From Mobula hypostoma (lineage: Eukaryota): a stretch of 64,000 nt of DNA. Below, piece after piece: positions 29,601-44,600 of this stretch (position 1 is its first letter; each line of letters begins with the position of its first letter). Both the position numbers and the translations under genes were made by a program. The DNA lies in the NCBI RefSeq assembly GCF_963921235.1, contig NC_086107.1, forward strand, positions 115,570,001 to 115,634,000, in the 5' to 3' direction. The notes under the pieces were generated by a model that had not been told where the DNA came from, did no database searches, and saw only the letters and a program-made list of their open reading frames with translations.

Positions 29601-32600
29601 ACGCAGTGCACGTCTGTGATGGAAGCCTGGAGGGTAAGAAAGGCAGGTGTGTGGGTGTTGAAGGGTTAGAGTCATGGACACCTTTATTAACAGCTGTAAA
29701 ACCTACTTGCAGCAGCATCAGAGGTTCAGCTTTCTCAGGAACGTAAATTAAACACAATTTCTGCAAGAAACATAATTAGAAACGAAAACTCAAACGGAGT
29801 GTGAAGTGGCTGTAGTGAGGCAGTGACGAGAGTGTGCCCAATGGTTCAAGAACCGAATGGCTGAAGGGAAACAGTGTCAAAGGTCATCGTGACAGGGGTG
29901 CGGCCCACGTACGGAGGAAGACACACTGAAGTGGGCCGAACAGTTCCCTGAAGTTTAATATGAACAGCGCAGAACTGAATAATTAACTTTAGGCCAACAG
30001 GGCCGTTAACTAAAGCTCTCGAACTGAGAGCTAATGCTAACCGTGCCGCCATGGTTCAGAAGCAGTCATGGCCGACGATGTCAGAATGTTACAACTGGGG
30101 GCATTGGAAGCCGACCCGTGTGCAGACACAGACTCGGAGGTAGGATTAACAGAAGTGTATTTTATTAATAGTTGCCAGGAAGGCCGGAGAGCAAGGATTA
30201 GATGCTTACATGGACGTAAACGTTGGACAACAAACCGGAGGAACCTGGACTTGGACTTGGACATGGAGCCGGAACTCGAACTTAGACTCGGGACTTGGAC
30301 TCCGTCACGGAACCTGGACTTGGACTCGGACATGGAGCCAGAACTCGAACTTAGACTCGGGACTCGGACTCGGACACAGAGCTGGGACTTGGACTCGGAC
30401 TCGGACACAGAGCTGGGACTTGGACTCGGACTCGGACACAGAGCTGGGACTTGGACTCGGACTCGGACACAGAGCTGGGACTTGGACTCGGACTCGGACA
30501 CAGAGCTGGGACTTGGACTTGGACTCAGACACGGAACCAGGGCTTGGACTTAGGCTACGTCCACACTAGACCGGATAAATCTGTAACCGAAGCTTTTTCT
30601 CTTCGTTTTGATCCTCCGACCACACTGAAACGGCGTTTTCCTCCCCCGAAAATGGAGCTTTTCAAAACCACTCTCCAGAGTGAAAATGCCTAATGGCCGG
30701 TGTGGTGTGTACAGGGTAACGGGCTCTTTTTAAAAACGCTGTCACGACGTGGCGGAACAGATGGCGATGGTAGCACGGCATTTCATTGTTTTCTTGAACA
30801 CAACCTCCAACACCACAACAACAATGGCGGACGGCTTCATGCGAGTGTTGTTTACTTTATTGTCTACCTTAATTTCAACCCCCCACACAACCTAACAATT
30901 TCAGGACACGGCAACGAGATTGAAGCCAGAAGAGTTGGAAATGTAGTCACCAAATACTTTGAGCCATAGCTTACTGAATAAATCAGATACTCACTTTGCC
31001 CTGTTTTCTGTCCTCGCTTGTATGGAGGTGGTTTACCTATTTATGCAAGTACTTCTCTGACAATAGATGTGTAACAGCCTAATGTAACATTGTATGGAAA
31101 TACAAGATAACACTGATGCAAACATATTTTATACATTTAACAGGGTGCTTTACTAATGTATTGCTTGTGCAAACGTTCAATAGATGCAATTGTCACTACT
31201 TCCAAAATGTCATTTTTAGTTACTAGCTTACGTTTGGCATAGACGTGAAAATGTTAAGGCCAGAAAAGGAAAATAATAAGTTTCACTTTTACTCAGGTAA
31301 AAATAAAATCACTTTTGCCCAGTAACTCGTTTATGTTAAATACAGCAAAATTATACAGAAAGACATGGCAAAAGTAAAGGCAAACATATGAGGTAACAGC
31401 AAATTTCACTCTTGCCCAGCAACAAACCTTATTGCATTTAGTTGTAGCTGTCGTCCCTTTCATCGGTGAAGAGACCATGGCTGTAGGAAATGTTTCCAGG
31501 GTGACCCCTCTGTGGGAGTGGGGAAGATGTTGGTGGGGCTGCCCGGGGGTCTGTGTGTCCGTATGTGTAGCTATTGTAGTGGCTGTGAGGCTGGAATTGT
31601 GGCGGTGAAAAGTACTGGGGGGGAGCCATCATATTCCTCATCATTGCAAATCCCTCTGCAACAGAGTTAGTCAGTTTTTCAATGTTCGTCATCAGCCGGG
31701 TCATACTGTCCGTGAACTCCCTGTCGGTTGCCTGCTTACGGTCCAGTATTTGGTTTTTTTAGTTTTAAGTCCTCCTGCGCGGGAGCCAACAGCTGTCCAT
31801 TGTTTGGCAATTTCCTTTTAAGTTTTTCTAGTCTGTAACTGGACAAACACGCACCAAGTCTTTCACGGCGAGATTCCACACCAAACTTGTCGCAGCCACC
31901 ACCCGTTGCTTGGTCTGAACTGTCGGAGTCGGGCGTACTCGTCAAAGCGGGTGAATTCTGTAGATGTGTCCTGCGTATGCCCAGTAGGAGGAGATTCGCC
32001 CAAATACCCGTTTTAATGTGGACGGAGGTATTTTCAAAAACTCCTGGTGTGGACGCCTATCATTTTTACACGAAACCGGCGTTTTCAAAATTATCCGGTC
32101 CAGTGTGGACGTAGCCTTAGACTTGGACATGGAGCCGGGGCTCGGAATTGGACATGGAGCTGGGACTCGAACTTGGACACGGAACGACAAAATCAAACAA
32201 CGACAGTCAATTCGTATCTTGACTCTGAGGAACGGCAAACAGCCTGCAATCCTCAGCTGGACATGAGACGACAAAACCAACAACGACAGACAATTCGTAT
32301 CTTGACATGGGGTAGCACATGAAGTGGCAAACGGCCGGCAATCACTTAGCTGAACACGGAGAGACAGAATTCCCGAAGCAACCCCAGGCACCGAAGCAAC
32401 TTGGAGTCCACTATTCTCGGCATCCCGGATCGTGCATTGCCGCCCTGGCCGAGGTGACGGTCCAGCAGCTTACATGTACTGGATCATCCAGTAGATGTAA
32501 ACTGCTGGTTCAGATGAGGATCTGGTGCCCTAATCAAGGAGCCCGGTAGAACACGGGGGAAAAGGAAATTAACTGAAATGAGAAGTTAACGGACCGAACC

Positions 32601-35600
32601 GTGACACAGGAACCTCTGTGGGAGAGTTCTTAAAATGGAGAGCCTGTTCTACTGGGGCGGCCCCACTCTGTTGACCTCAGAAATCCAGGCAGCGGTGAGT
32701 GTCACAAACTGGGGTGTTCCTCAGTTGAAGTGGATGACCATAACTTCTTCTATGCTTTGTCCTGCCCTTCACTGTCCACAGAGTGTTGCAGTAGCACCTC
32801 CCAGTCTGTTGGATCTCATTAGATCTCACCTCGCCAGTCTGCTGGAGCTGACTTCACATGCTAGGACAGGCCTGCCCCTCTCTCACCGGGGTATGAGCCC
32901 GTTGGCTACCCTTGCCTGTCGAAGCGGTGTACCAGTGTGTGGCCACTGTCCCATGCAAACAGCTGCTTGGAGCCATAGGTGAGAGCTGAGGTGTCCGCTG
33001 GAGACCAAAGGTGAGTGAGCTGCCCCAGAATGGTCACAACAAGCCCCTTTACCCGGGCGCTACCCTCCCTGGGCACCCTGTACACCCCTCAGAAGCAGCA
33101 ACTTGATACTAAATGCATAACATTTTCATTTGATGTAATCTGACCTTTCCAAATCTTTTTTTTTAATTATATGATGAGAGGAGCGGAGTAAGCGACATTA
33201 TGGATCATGTCTGATACAAGTTGTTGGTCTAGCCCTGTTTCGCCCTTTTTTTGGGTTTTTTTTTCTCTTTTTCTTTTGGGGTTTTTTTTGTTTATATATA
33301 TTTTTTTCTTTTTATTTCTTTGTTAATGTTTAATCTCATTATGAGTTTGGAAGTCTTTTATTTCTATATTATTTAAAATGCATTTTATATATGTTGATGA
33401 ACATTTTTCCAATCTCTTTGTACCAACTTTGTTATTGAGTTTATAATTTTGAAACATTAATAAAAAGATTTAAAAAGAAAAAGATACTAAATGCATTTGC
33501 TGCTTTACAGTCTCAATCTAAATGGTAGTCTTCTTTCCCAGAACGAGGACAAAGCTCAGCAGGGAGCGTTGCTGTTCCCGTGCTCTGGTCAAGACTGAGG
33601 TGACAGGAAGGGAGTGAAACACTGCTTGGCTGGAACGCGGATACTCACAAGTGCAATTGTCGAACTCCTTCTGCAGCGTGCCTGTAGGGGTGTCCAGTCT
33701 CACAGCGGAGGCCGCGGTTGTTAGAAGTAGCTGTTCATGAACCTGTGGGACGTCAGGTTTCTGTACCTCCTGTCTGATGGGAGCTCCAGGAAGATGACAT
33801 GGCCCCAATAGACAGCAGGGAAAGGGTGAACAGATTTCCCGGGAATCAACATCTCCAAGGATCTATCCTGGGCCCAACACATCAATTCAATCATGAAGAA
33901 GGCACATCAACGGCTCCACCTTTGGCTCTGTTTCGTTAGCAATTTCAGGAGCTGTCGCCAAGGACTCCAGCCAATTTCCGCAGTGCAGAGCATTGGTTTC
34001 ATCACCACCTGGTCTGGGGCTCCAATGCACAGGATGCAGGAAGCTGCGGAGGACTGCAGCCCCAGCCAGTTCCGTCATGCCACAAGCTACCCAGCATATC
34101 TTCTACAAGCAGTGTCTCAGGAATGCGGCGTCCAACATTAAGTTCTGCGACGTGCCCTCTTCTCATTACTACCATCGGGGAGGAGATACAGTGGCGAAGA
34201 CCTAGTGATTCAGGAACAGCTTTTTCCCCTCTGCCATCAGATGAGGGTCTGAATTAAGGGGAATTAAGGGCTATGGGGAAGAGGCAGATAGGTGGAGATG
34301 AGTCCATGGTCGGATCAGCCATGATCGTATTGAATGGTGGAGCAGGCTCGACGGGCCAGACGGCCGACTCCTGCTCCTATTTCTTATCTACTAATCTGTC
34401 TTATGAATGGTTCATGAACCCACAAAGATGACCTCATGATACCTCCTTTGCATTATTTATTCAATTTTTATATTGTAACTTATAGTATTTTATTTAATGC
34501 AACGCACACAAAATGCTGGAGGAACTCAGCAGGCCAGACAGCATCTATGGAAAAGAACAAACAGTCGATGTTTCAAGGCGAGACCCTTCATTGGGACTGG
34601 AAACAAAGATCAGAAGGAGGGCTGAGGGGAGGGGGAAGTGCAAGGTGGAAGGTGATAGTGTATAGGTGATGGGTGAAACTGGGAGCGAGGGGAGGGGTGA
34701 ATTAAAGAGCTGGGAAGTTGATAGGTGAAAGAGATAAAGAGCTGGAGAAGGGGGAGTCTGATAGGAGAGGGTAGAAGATCATGGAAGAAAGGGAAGGGGG
34801 AGGAGCAGCCGAGGGAGATGATGGGCAGGTAAGGAGATACGGTGAGAGGGAAAGTGAAATGGGGGAATGGTGAGGGGTGGGGCAATTACTGGAAGTTCAA
34901 GAAATCGATGTTCATGCTATTGAGTTGGAAGCTACCCAGATGGAAAATAAGGTGTTGCTCCTCCAACCTGTGTGGCCTCATTGTCGCAGTCGAGGCCATG
35001 GAGTGACGTGTCTCCACCGCCCTTCCCGTAGTGCACCCTCTTTGCCACCCACCCATGACGCTCCCTCTTCACTGTCCCTCCTGAGGTACCTCCTCCTTGC
35101 CACACGTCCAGCAGCTCTCCCTCTCCCCACCCGTCTCAAAGTGATCCCTCCTCACTGTCCCCTCCCGTGGCGCACCCCCATTTGCCGCCGCTCTTGCGAT
35201 GACCCTCCCCCGCCGCCCCCCTCGTGCATGTCCCTCCTGGAGCTCTCCCATTTCGTCTCCATTCCCGGGGCGCTCCCTCCTCGCGATCCTCCCTCAGTGA
35301 CCGTCTGCTCAGCACAGGGTGGGGATCTGTACCTGGCCTGTGGATAATTCAGGACGTGATCATCTCTTTTCATCATCACAGAGGGCATCTCATATGAGAA
35401 CCTGGATGCTGTGGAGGAGAAACATTCAGAAGGTAGGACACACTGAGATACACCCCCCCACTGTAAATACTGACACCCCCCCCGGGACCCCCTGTACATA
35501 CCAACACACTCCCCGTGACCCCCAGTTAATACTGACGCCCTCCCCGGGACCCCCTGTAAATACCGACACACTCCCCAGGACCCCTATAAATACAGACACA

Positions 35601-38600
35601 CTCCCCGGGAACCCCTGTAAATACTGACACACTCCCCGGGACCCCTGTAAATACCGACACACTCCCCAGGACCCCTGTAAATACAGACACACTCCCCTGG
35701 ACCACCTGTAAATACAGACACACTCCCCGGGACCCCCTGTAAATATCAACACACTCCCCAGGACCCCCTGTAAATACAGACACACTCCCCAGGACCCTCT
35801 GTAAATACAGATACACTCCCCGGGACCCCCTGTAAACACTGACACACTCCCCGGGACCCCCTGTAAATACTGACACACTCCCCGGGACCCCCTGTAAACA
35901 CTGACACACTCCCCGGGACCCCCTGTAAATACAGACACACTCCCCGGGACCCCCTGTAAATACTGACACACTCCCCAGGACCCCCTGTAAATACAGACAC
36001 ACTCCACGGGACCCCCTGTAAATACTGACACACTCCACAGACAAGCTGTGCAGAAACTATGAATGAACGGGTGAATGGGATCAGACGGGGCAGGTGGAGA
36101 TGGAGGGACACTTTGGGCTGTTGTGAATAAAATGTCTGAACTGCTGTTGTTTTCTTCTTTCTCTCCCCTTCTCCCTCTCCCTCTTCCCTGTCTCCCCTCA
36201 TCCCCCCTCATCTTTCTCTCCCTCCCACCCCCTTTCCCTTCCTCTTATCCCCTCTCACTCTCTGTCTCCTTCTACACCTCCATGTCACTACATCTCCCCT
36301 CTCTGTGACTCCTCCTCTCACTACCAACTCCTCCTCCTGGTCCCCCTCACTCTCCCCTCTTCCTCTCACTACCCCCTCCTCCTCCTGGTCCCCCTCACTC
36401 TCCCCTCCTCCTCTCACTACCCCCTCCTCCTCCTGTTCCCCCTCACTGTCCCTTCCTCCTCTCACTACCCCCTCCTCCTCCTGGTCCCCCTCACTCTCCC
36501 CCTCCTCCTCTCACTACCCCCTCCTCCTCCTGGTCCCCCTCACTCTCCCCTCCTCCTCTCACTACCCCCTCCTCCTCCTGGTCCCCCTCACTCTCCCCTC
36601 CTCCTCTCACTACCCCCACCTCCTCCTGTTCCCCCTCACTCTCCCCTCCTCCTCTCACTACCCCCTCCTCCTCCTGGTCCCCCTCACTCTCCCCCTCCTC
36701 CTCTCACTACCCCCTCCTCCTCCTGGTCCCCCTCACTCTCCCCCTCCTCCTCTCACTACCCCCTCCTCCTCCTGTTCCCCCTCACTCTCCCCCTCCTCCT
36801 CTCACTACCCCCTCCTCCTCCTGTTCCCCCTCACTGTCCCCTCCTCCTCTCACTACCCCCTCCTCCTCCTGTTCCCCCTCACTGTCCCCTCCTCCTCTCA
36901 CTACCCCCTCCTCCTCCTGGTCCCCCTCACTCTCCCCTCCTCCTCTCACTACCCCCTCCTCCTCCTGTTCCCCCTCACTGTCCCTTCCTCCTCTCACTAC
37001 CCCCTCCTCCTCCTGGTCCCCCTCACTCTCCCCCTCCTCCTCTCACTACCCCCTCCTCCTCCTGGTCCCCCTCACTCTCCCCTCCTCTCACTACCCCCTC
37101 CTCCTCCTGGTCCCCCTCACTCTCCCCTCCTCCTCTCACTACCCCCTCCTCCTCCTGTTCCCCCTCACTCTCCCCTCCTCCTCTCACTACCCCCTCCTCC
37201 TCCTGGTCCCCCTCACTCTCCCCCTCCTCCTCTCACTACCCCCTCCTCCTCCTGGTCCCCCTCACTCTCCCCCTCCTCCTCTCACTACCCCCTCCTCCTC
37301 CTGTTCCCCCTCACTCTCCCCCTCCTCCTCTCACTACCCCCTCCTCCTCCTGTTCCCCCTCACTGTCCCCTCCTCCTCTCACTACCCCCTCCTCCTCCTG
37401 TTCCCCCTCACTGTCCCCTCCTCCTCTCACTACCCCCTCCTCCTCCTGTTCCCCCTCACTCTCCCCTCCTCCTCTCACTACCCCTTCCTCCTCCTGTTCC
37501 CCCTCACTCTCCCCTCTTCCTCTCACTACCCCCTCCTCCTCCTGTTCCCCCTCACTCTCCCCTCCTCCTCTCACTACCCCCTCCTCCTCCTGTTCCCCCT
37601 CACTCTCCCCTCTTCCTCTCACTACCCCCTCCTCCTCCTGTTCCCCCTCACTGTCCCCTCCTCCTCTCACTACCCCCTCCTCCTCCTGTTCCCCCTCACT
37701 GTCCCCTCCTCCTCTCACTACCCCCTCCTCCTCCTTTTCCCCCTCACTCTCCCCTCTTCCTCTCACTACCCCCTCCTCCTCCTGGTCCCCCTCACTCTCC
37801 CCTCCTCCTCTCACTACCTCCTCCTCCTCCTGTTCCCCCTCACTCTCCCCTCCTCCTCTCACTACCCCCTCCTCCTCCTGTTCCCCCTCACTGTCCCCTC
37901 CTCCTCTCACTACCCCCTCCTCCTCCTGTTCCCCCTCACTGTCCCCTCCTCCTCTCACTACCCCCTCCTCCTCCTTTTCCCCCTCACTCTCCCCTCTTCC
38001 TCTCACTACCCCCTCCTCCTCCTGGTCCCCCTCACTCTCCCCTCCTCCTCTCACTACCTCCTCCTCCTCCTGTTCCCCCTCACTCTCCCCTCCTCCTCTC
38101 ACTACCCCCTCCTCCTCCTGTTCCCCCTCACTGTCCCCTCCTCCTCTCACTACCCCCTCCTCCTCCTGTTCCCCCTCACTGTCCCCTCCTCCTCTCACTA
38201 CCCCCTCCTCCTCCTGTTCCCCCTCACTGTCCCCTCCTCCTCTCACTACCCCCTGACTCTCCCCTCCTCCTCTCACTATCCCCTCCTCTTCCTGTTCCCC
38301 CTCACTCTCCCCTCCTCCTCTCACTATCCCCTCCTCCTCCTGTTCCCCCTCACTCTCCCCTCCTCCTCTCACTACCCCCTCCTCCTCCTGTTCCCCTCAC
38401 TCTCCCCTCCTCCTCTCACTACCCCCTCCTCCTGTTCCCCCTCATTCTCCCCTCCTCCTCTCACTACCCCCTCCTCCTCCTGTTCCCCCTCACTCTCCCC
38501 TCCTCCTCTCACTACCCCCTCCTCCTCCTGTTCCCCCTCACTCTTCCCCCTCCTCTCACTACCCCTCCTTCTCCTGTTCCCCCTCACTCTCCCCTCCTCC

Positions 38601-41600
38601 TCTCACTACCCCCTCCTCCTCCTGTTCCCCCTCACTCTCCCCTCCTCCTCTCACTACCCCCTCCTCCTCCTGTTCCCCTCGCTCTCCCTTCCTCCTCTCA
38701 CTACCCCCTCCTCCTCCTGTTCCCCCTCACTCTCCCCTCCTCCTCTCACTACCCCTCCTCCTCCTGTTCCCCCTCACTCTCCCCTCCCCCCTCATTCCCC
38801 CTCCTCTTCCTCTTCCCCCTCACTCTCCCTTCCCTCTCTCATTCCCCCTCCACCTCTCATTACCCCCTCCCCCCTCCTCTTCCCACTCCCCTTGCCCTCT
38901 CATTACCCCTCCCCTACACCTCATTCCCCCACCCCCCTCCTCTCTGCTACTCCTCTCCCCACCTCTTGCCTCTCTTCCTCACCCCCTTTCCTCAATCCTC
39001 CTCCCACTCTCATTCCCGTCCTTCCCTCACCCTCTCTCTCCCCCTTCACTTCTCATTCTCCCATCCCCTACCCCATCCACCCTCAACCTCCCTCTTCCCC
39101 TTACTCCCCTTTCTGTTCCTCCATCTCCTTCCCCTTCCTCCTTCTTCCTCCCTCGCCTCCTCACCCTTCTCATCCCCCTCCTCCTTCCCCTCAATGCCCT
39201 CTCCCCCTCACACTCTCCTTCATCCCTACCCCTCCCCTCTCATAACCCCATCTCCCGTCCCCTATCATTCCACCCTCTCCTTCCCCATTCCCCCTTCACC
39301 TCTCATTCCTCCCACCCTCGTTCCCCTCATTCTCCCTCCCTCTTCCCCTCTCATTTCCCCCACCCTCATTCCCTCTTTCCATTCCCCTTCCCCCTTGATC
39401 TCTCATTCCACTCTCCTAAACCCTCATTTCCCACCCCTCCCTCTCATTCCCCCTCTCTCCCCCTTTCATTCTGCCCTCTCTCCCTACTTCCCTCATTGAC
39501 CCCTCTCCTCTTCCTCTCTCTATACGCCCTCCCCATTCCCCTCTCCCCTCCCCCTCTGATTCTCCTCGCCCCATCTCCTCTCATTCCTCCTCTCCCCTTC
39601 CCTTCACATTCCTCCCTCTCCCTGCCCCTCTGCCCCTCCAATTCCCCCACTCCCGATTCTCCTCACTTTCCTATCCCCTCACCTTCCCTCCCCTCTCTCT
39701 CCTTCACCTCCTATTGCATTCTTGCCCTTCCCACTTTCCTCCCCCTATCTCGCTGCCCCTCCCCCTCGCCCTGTCCTCCCCTCCCCCTCCCCCTCCCCCT
39801 CCCCCTCCCCGTTCTCCCCTCCCCTCCCCACTCTCTCCTCCCCATCTCGCCCTCCCCTCCCCCTCCCTGCTTTCCCCCCCTCTCGCCCTGCCCTCCCCAT
39901 TCTCTCCCTCCCCCATCTCGCCCTCCCCGCTCTCCCCTCCCCCCTCTCGCCCTCCCCTTCCCCTCCCCCTACCCATCCCTGCTTCCCCCCCCTCTCGCCC
40001 TGCCCTCACCTCTCCTTGCAGATTACATGAACCCAGAGTCCGAGGCTGGAAGTGTTTCTTCAGAGGGTGAGGACTGATTTTTCTGACCCCGTCCCCACTC
40101 TCCACCCGACTGCCGACACCACAGGACAGACTGACTCCCATGCCCACTGTCTGTGTGTCTAGACGGCTGCAGGTGCTGACTGCCTGCCCACAGACCGGGG
40201 CCACATTGATTTGTTCCTGTGCTTTACAGATGTCTGCCCCGTGTCTGAGAGCAGTGGGTGGGATGGCCCATCCTCTCTGAACAACAGGACTCCCAAAACA
40301 CACCAACCCACTCCGCAGGTCACCCTGGAAATACCGACACACTCCCCGGGACCCCTGTAAAAACAGACACACTCCACGGGACCCCCTGTAAATACTGACA
40401 CACTCCCCGGGACCCCCTATAAATACTGACACACTCCCCGGGACAACTGTAAAAACAGACACACTCCATGGGACCCCCTGTAAATACTGACACACTCCCC
40501 GGGACCCCTGTAAATACAGACACACTGCCCGGGACCCCCTGTAAATACAGACACACTCCCCGGGACCCCTGTAAATACAGACACACTCCCCGGGACCCCT
40601 GTAAATACAGACACACTGCCCGGGACCCCCTGTAAATACAGACAGACTCCCCGGGACCCCTGTAAATACAGACACACTGCCCGGGACCCCCTGTAAATAC
40701 AGACACACTCCCCGGGACCCACTGTAAATATAGACACACTCCCCGGGACCCCCTGTAAATACTGACACACTCCCCGGGACCCCCTGTAAATACTGACACA
40801 CTCCCCAGGATCCACTGTAAATACTGACACACTCCCCGGGACCCCCTGTAAATACTGACACACTCCCTGGGACCCCCTTTAAATACTGACACACTCCCCG
40901 GGACCCCCTGTAAATACCGACACACTCCACAGACAAGCTGTGGAGAAACTATGAATGAACGGGTGAATGGGATCAGACGGGGCAGGTGGAGATGGAGGGA
41001 CACTTTGGGCTGTTGTGAATAAAATGTCTGAACTGCTGTTGTTTTTTTCTTTCTCTCCCCTTCTCCCTCTCCCTCTTCCCTGTCTCCCCTCATCCCCCCT
41101 CATCTTCCTCTCCCTCCCACCCCCTTTCCCTTCCTCTTATGCCCTCTCGCTCTCTGTCTCCTTCTACACCTCCATGTCACTACATCTCCCCTCTCTGTGA
41201 CTCCTCCTCTCACTACCCCCTCCTCCTCCTGGTCCCCCTCACTCTCCCCTCCTCCTCTCACTACCCCCTCCTCCTCCTGGTCCCCCTCACTCTCCCCTCC
41301 TCCTCTCACTACCCCCTCCTCCTCCTTTTCCCCCTCACTGTCCCCTCCTCCTCTCACTACCCCCTCCTCCTCCTGTTCCCCCTCACTGTCCCCTCCTCCT
41401 CTCACTACCCCCTCCTCCTCCTCTTCCCCCTCACTGTCCCCTCCTCCTCTCACTACACCCTCCTCCTCCTCCTGGTCCCCCTCACTGTCCCCTCCTCCTC
41501 TCACTACCCCCTCCTCCTCCTGTTCCCCCTCACTGTCCCCTCCTCCTCTCACTACCCCCTCCTCCTCCTGGTCCCCCTCACTGTCCCCTCCTCCTCTCAC

Positions 41601-44600
41601 TACCTCCTCCTCCTCCTGTTCCCCCTCACTCTCCCCTCCTCCTCTCACTACCCCCTCCTCCTCCTGTTCCCCCTCACTGTCCCCTCCTCCTCTCACTACC
41701 CCCTCCTCCTCCTGGTCCCCCTCACTGTCCCCTCCTCCTCTCACTACCCCCTCCTCCTCATGTTCCCCCTCACTCTCCCCCATTCCTCCTCTCACTACCC
41801 CCTCCTCCTCCTGTTCCCCCTCACTGTCCCCTTCTCCCCTCACTACCCCTCCTCCTCCTGTTCCCCCTCACTCTACCCTCCTCCTCTCACTACCCCCTCC
41901 TCCTCCTGTTCCCCCTCACTGTCCCCTCCTCCTCCTGTTCCCCCTCACTGTCCCGTCCTCCTCTCACTACCCCCTCCTCCTCCTGTTCCCCCTCACTCTA
42001 CCCTCCTCCTCTCACTACCCCCTCCTCCTCCTGTTCCCCCTCACTCTCCCCTCCTCCTCTTACTACCCCCTCCTCCTCCTGTTCCCCTCACTCTCCCCTC
42101 CTCCTCTCACTACCCCCTCCTCCTCCTGTTCCCCCTCACTCTCCCCTCCTCCTCTCACTACCCCCTCCTCCTCCTGGTCCCCCTCACTGACCCCTCCTCC
42201 TCTCACTACCCCCTCCTCCTCCTGGTCCCCCTCACTTCCCCTCCTCCTCTCACTACCCCTCCTCCTCCTCCCCCTCACTCTCCCCTCCTCCTCTCACTAC
42301 CCCCTCCTCCTCCTGTTCCCCCTCACTCTCCCCTCCTCCTCTCACTACCCCCTCCTCCTCCCTGTTCCCCCTCACTCTCCCTCCTCCTCTCACACCCCCT
42401 CCTCCTCCTGTTCCCCCTCACTCTCCCCTCCTCCTCTCACTACCCCTCCTCCTCCTGTTCCCCTCACTCTCCCCCTCCTCTACTACCCCCTCCTCCTCCT
42501 GTTCCCCCTCACTCTCCCCTCCTCCTCTCACTACCCCTCCTCCTCCTGTTCCCCCTCACTCTCCCCCCCTCCTCTCACTACCCCTCCTCCTCCTGGTCCC
42601 CCTCACTCTCCCCTCCTCTCCTCCTCCCTCACTACCCCTCCTCCTCCTGTTTCCCCTTACTCTCCCCCCTCCCTCACTACCTCCGCTCCCTCCCTCCTGT
42701 CCTCCCCTCACTCTATCCTCCTCCTCTCACTATCTCCTCCTCCTCCTGTTCCCCCTCACTCTCCCCTCCCCCATTCCCCCTCCTCCTCCTGTTCCCACTC
42801 ACTCTGCTCCCTCCTCCTGTTCCCTCTCACTCTCCCACCCCCTCATCCCCCCTCCCACTTTCTCCTCACTCCCCACTCCTCCTGTTCCCCTCACTCTCCC
42901 CCTCCTCTCACTACCCCCTCCTCCTGTTCCCCCTCACTCTGCCACCCCCTCATTCCCCCTCCCCCTCATTCCCCCTCCTCTTTCTCCTCACTCTCCCCTA
43001 CTCCTCCTGTTCCCCTTCACTCTCCCCCTCCTCTCACTACCCTCCTCCTCCTGTTCCCCCTCACACTCCCCTCCCCCTCATTCCCCCTCCTCCTCCTGTT
43101 CCCCCTCACTCTCCCCCTCCTCCTCTCACTACCTCCCCTCCTCCTGTTCCCCCTCACTCTCACTCCCCCTCTCGCCCTCCCCTCCCCCTACCCATCCCTG
43201 CTTCCCCCCTCTCGCCCTGCCCTCACCTCTCCTTGCAGATTACATGAACCCAGAGTCCGAGGCTGGAAGTGTTTCTTCAGAGGGTGAGGACTGATTTTTC
43301 TGACCCCGTCCCCACTCTCCACCCGACTGCCGACACCACAGGACAGACTGACTCCCATGCCCACTGTCTGTGTGTCTAGACGGCTGCAGGTGCTGACTGC
43401 CTGCCCACAGACCGGGGCCACATTGATTTGTTCCTGTGCTTTACAGATGTCTGCCCCGTGTCTGAGAGCAGTGGGTGGGATGGCCCATCCTCTCTGAACA
43501 ACAGGACTCCCAAAACACACCAACCCACTCCGCAGGTCACCCTGGAAATACCGACACACTCCCCGGGACCCCTGTAAAAACAGACACACTCCACGGGACC
43601 CCCTGTAAATACTGACACACTCCCCGGGACCCCCTATAAATACTGACACACTCCCCGGGACAACTGTAAAAACAGACACACTCCATGGGACCCCCTGTAA
43701 ATACTGACACACTCCCCGGGACCCCTGTAAATACAGACACACTGCCCGGGACCCCCTGTAAATACAGACACACTCCCCGGGACCCCTGTAAATACAGACA
43801 CACTCCCCGGGACCCCTGTAAATACAGACACACTGCCCGGGACCCCCTGTAAATACAGACAGACTCCCCGGGACCCCTGTAAATACAGACACACTGCCCG
43901 GGACCCCCTACAGACACACTCCCCGGGACCCACTGTAAATATAGACACACTCCCCGGGACCCCCTGTAATACTGACACACTCCCCGGGACCCCCTGAAAT
44001 ACTGACACACTCCCCAGGATCCACTGTAAATACTGACACACTCCCCGGGACCCCCTGTAAATACTGACACACTCCCTGGGACCCCCTTTAAATACTGACA
44101 CACTCCCCGGGACCCCCTGTAAATACCGACACACTCCACAGACAAGCTGTGCAGAAACTATGAATGAACGGGTGAATGGGATCAGACGGGGCAGGTGGAG
44201 ATGGAGGGACACTTTGGGCTGTTGTGAATAAAATGTCTGAACTGCTGTTGTTTTTTTCTTTCTCTCCCCTTCTCCCTCTCCCTCTTCCCTGTCTCCCCTC
44301 ATCCCCCCTCATCTTCCTCTCCCTCCCACCCCCTTTCCCTTCCTCTTATGCCCTCTCGCTCTCTGTCTCCTTCTACACCTCCATGTCACTACATCTCCCC
44401 TCTCTGTGACTCCTCCTCTCACTACCCCCTCCTCCTCCTGGTCCCCCTCACTCTCCCCTCCTCCTCTCACTACCCCCTCCTCCTCCTGGTCCCCCTCACT
44501 CTCCCCTCCTCCTCTCACTACCCCCTCCTCCTCCTTTTCCCCTCACTGTCCCCTCCTCCTCTCACTACCCCCTCCTCCTCCTGTCCCCCTCACTGTCCCC

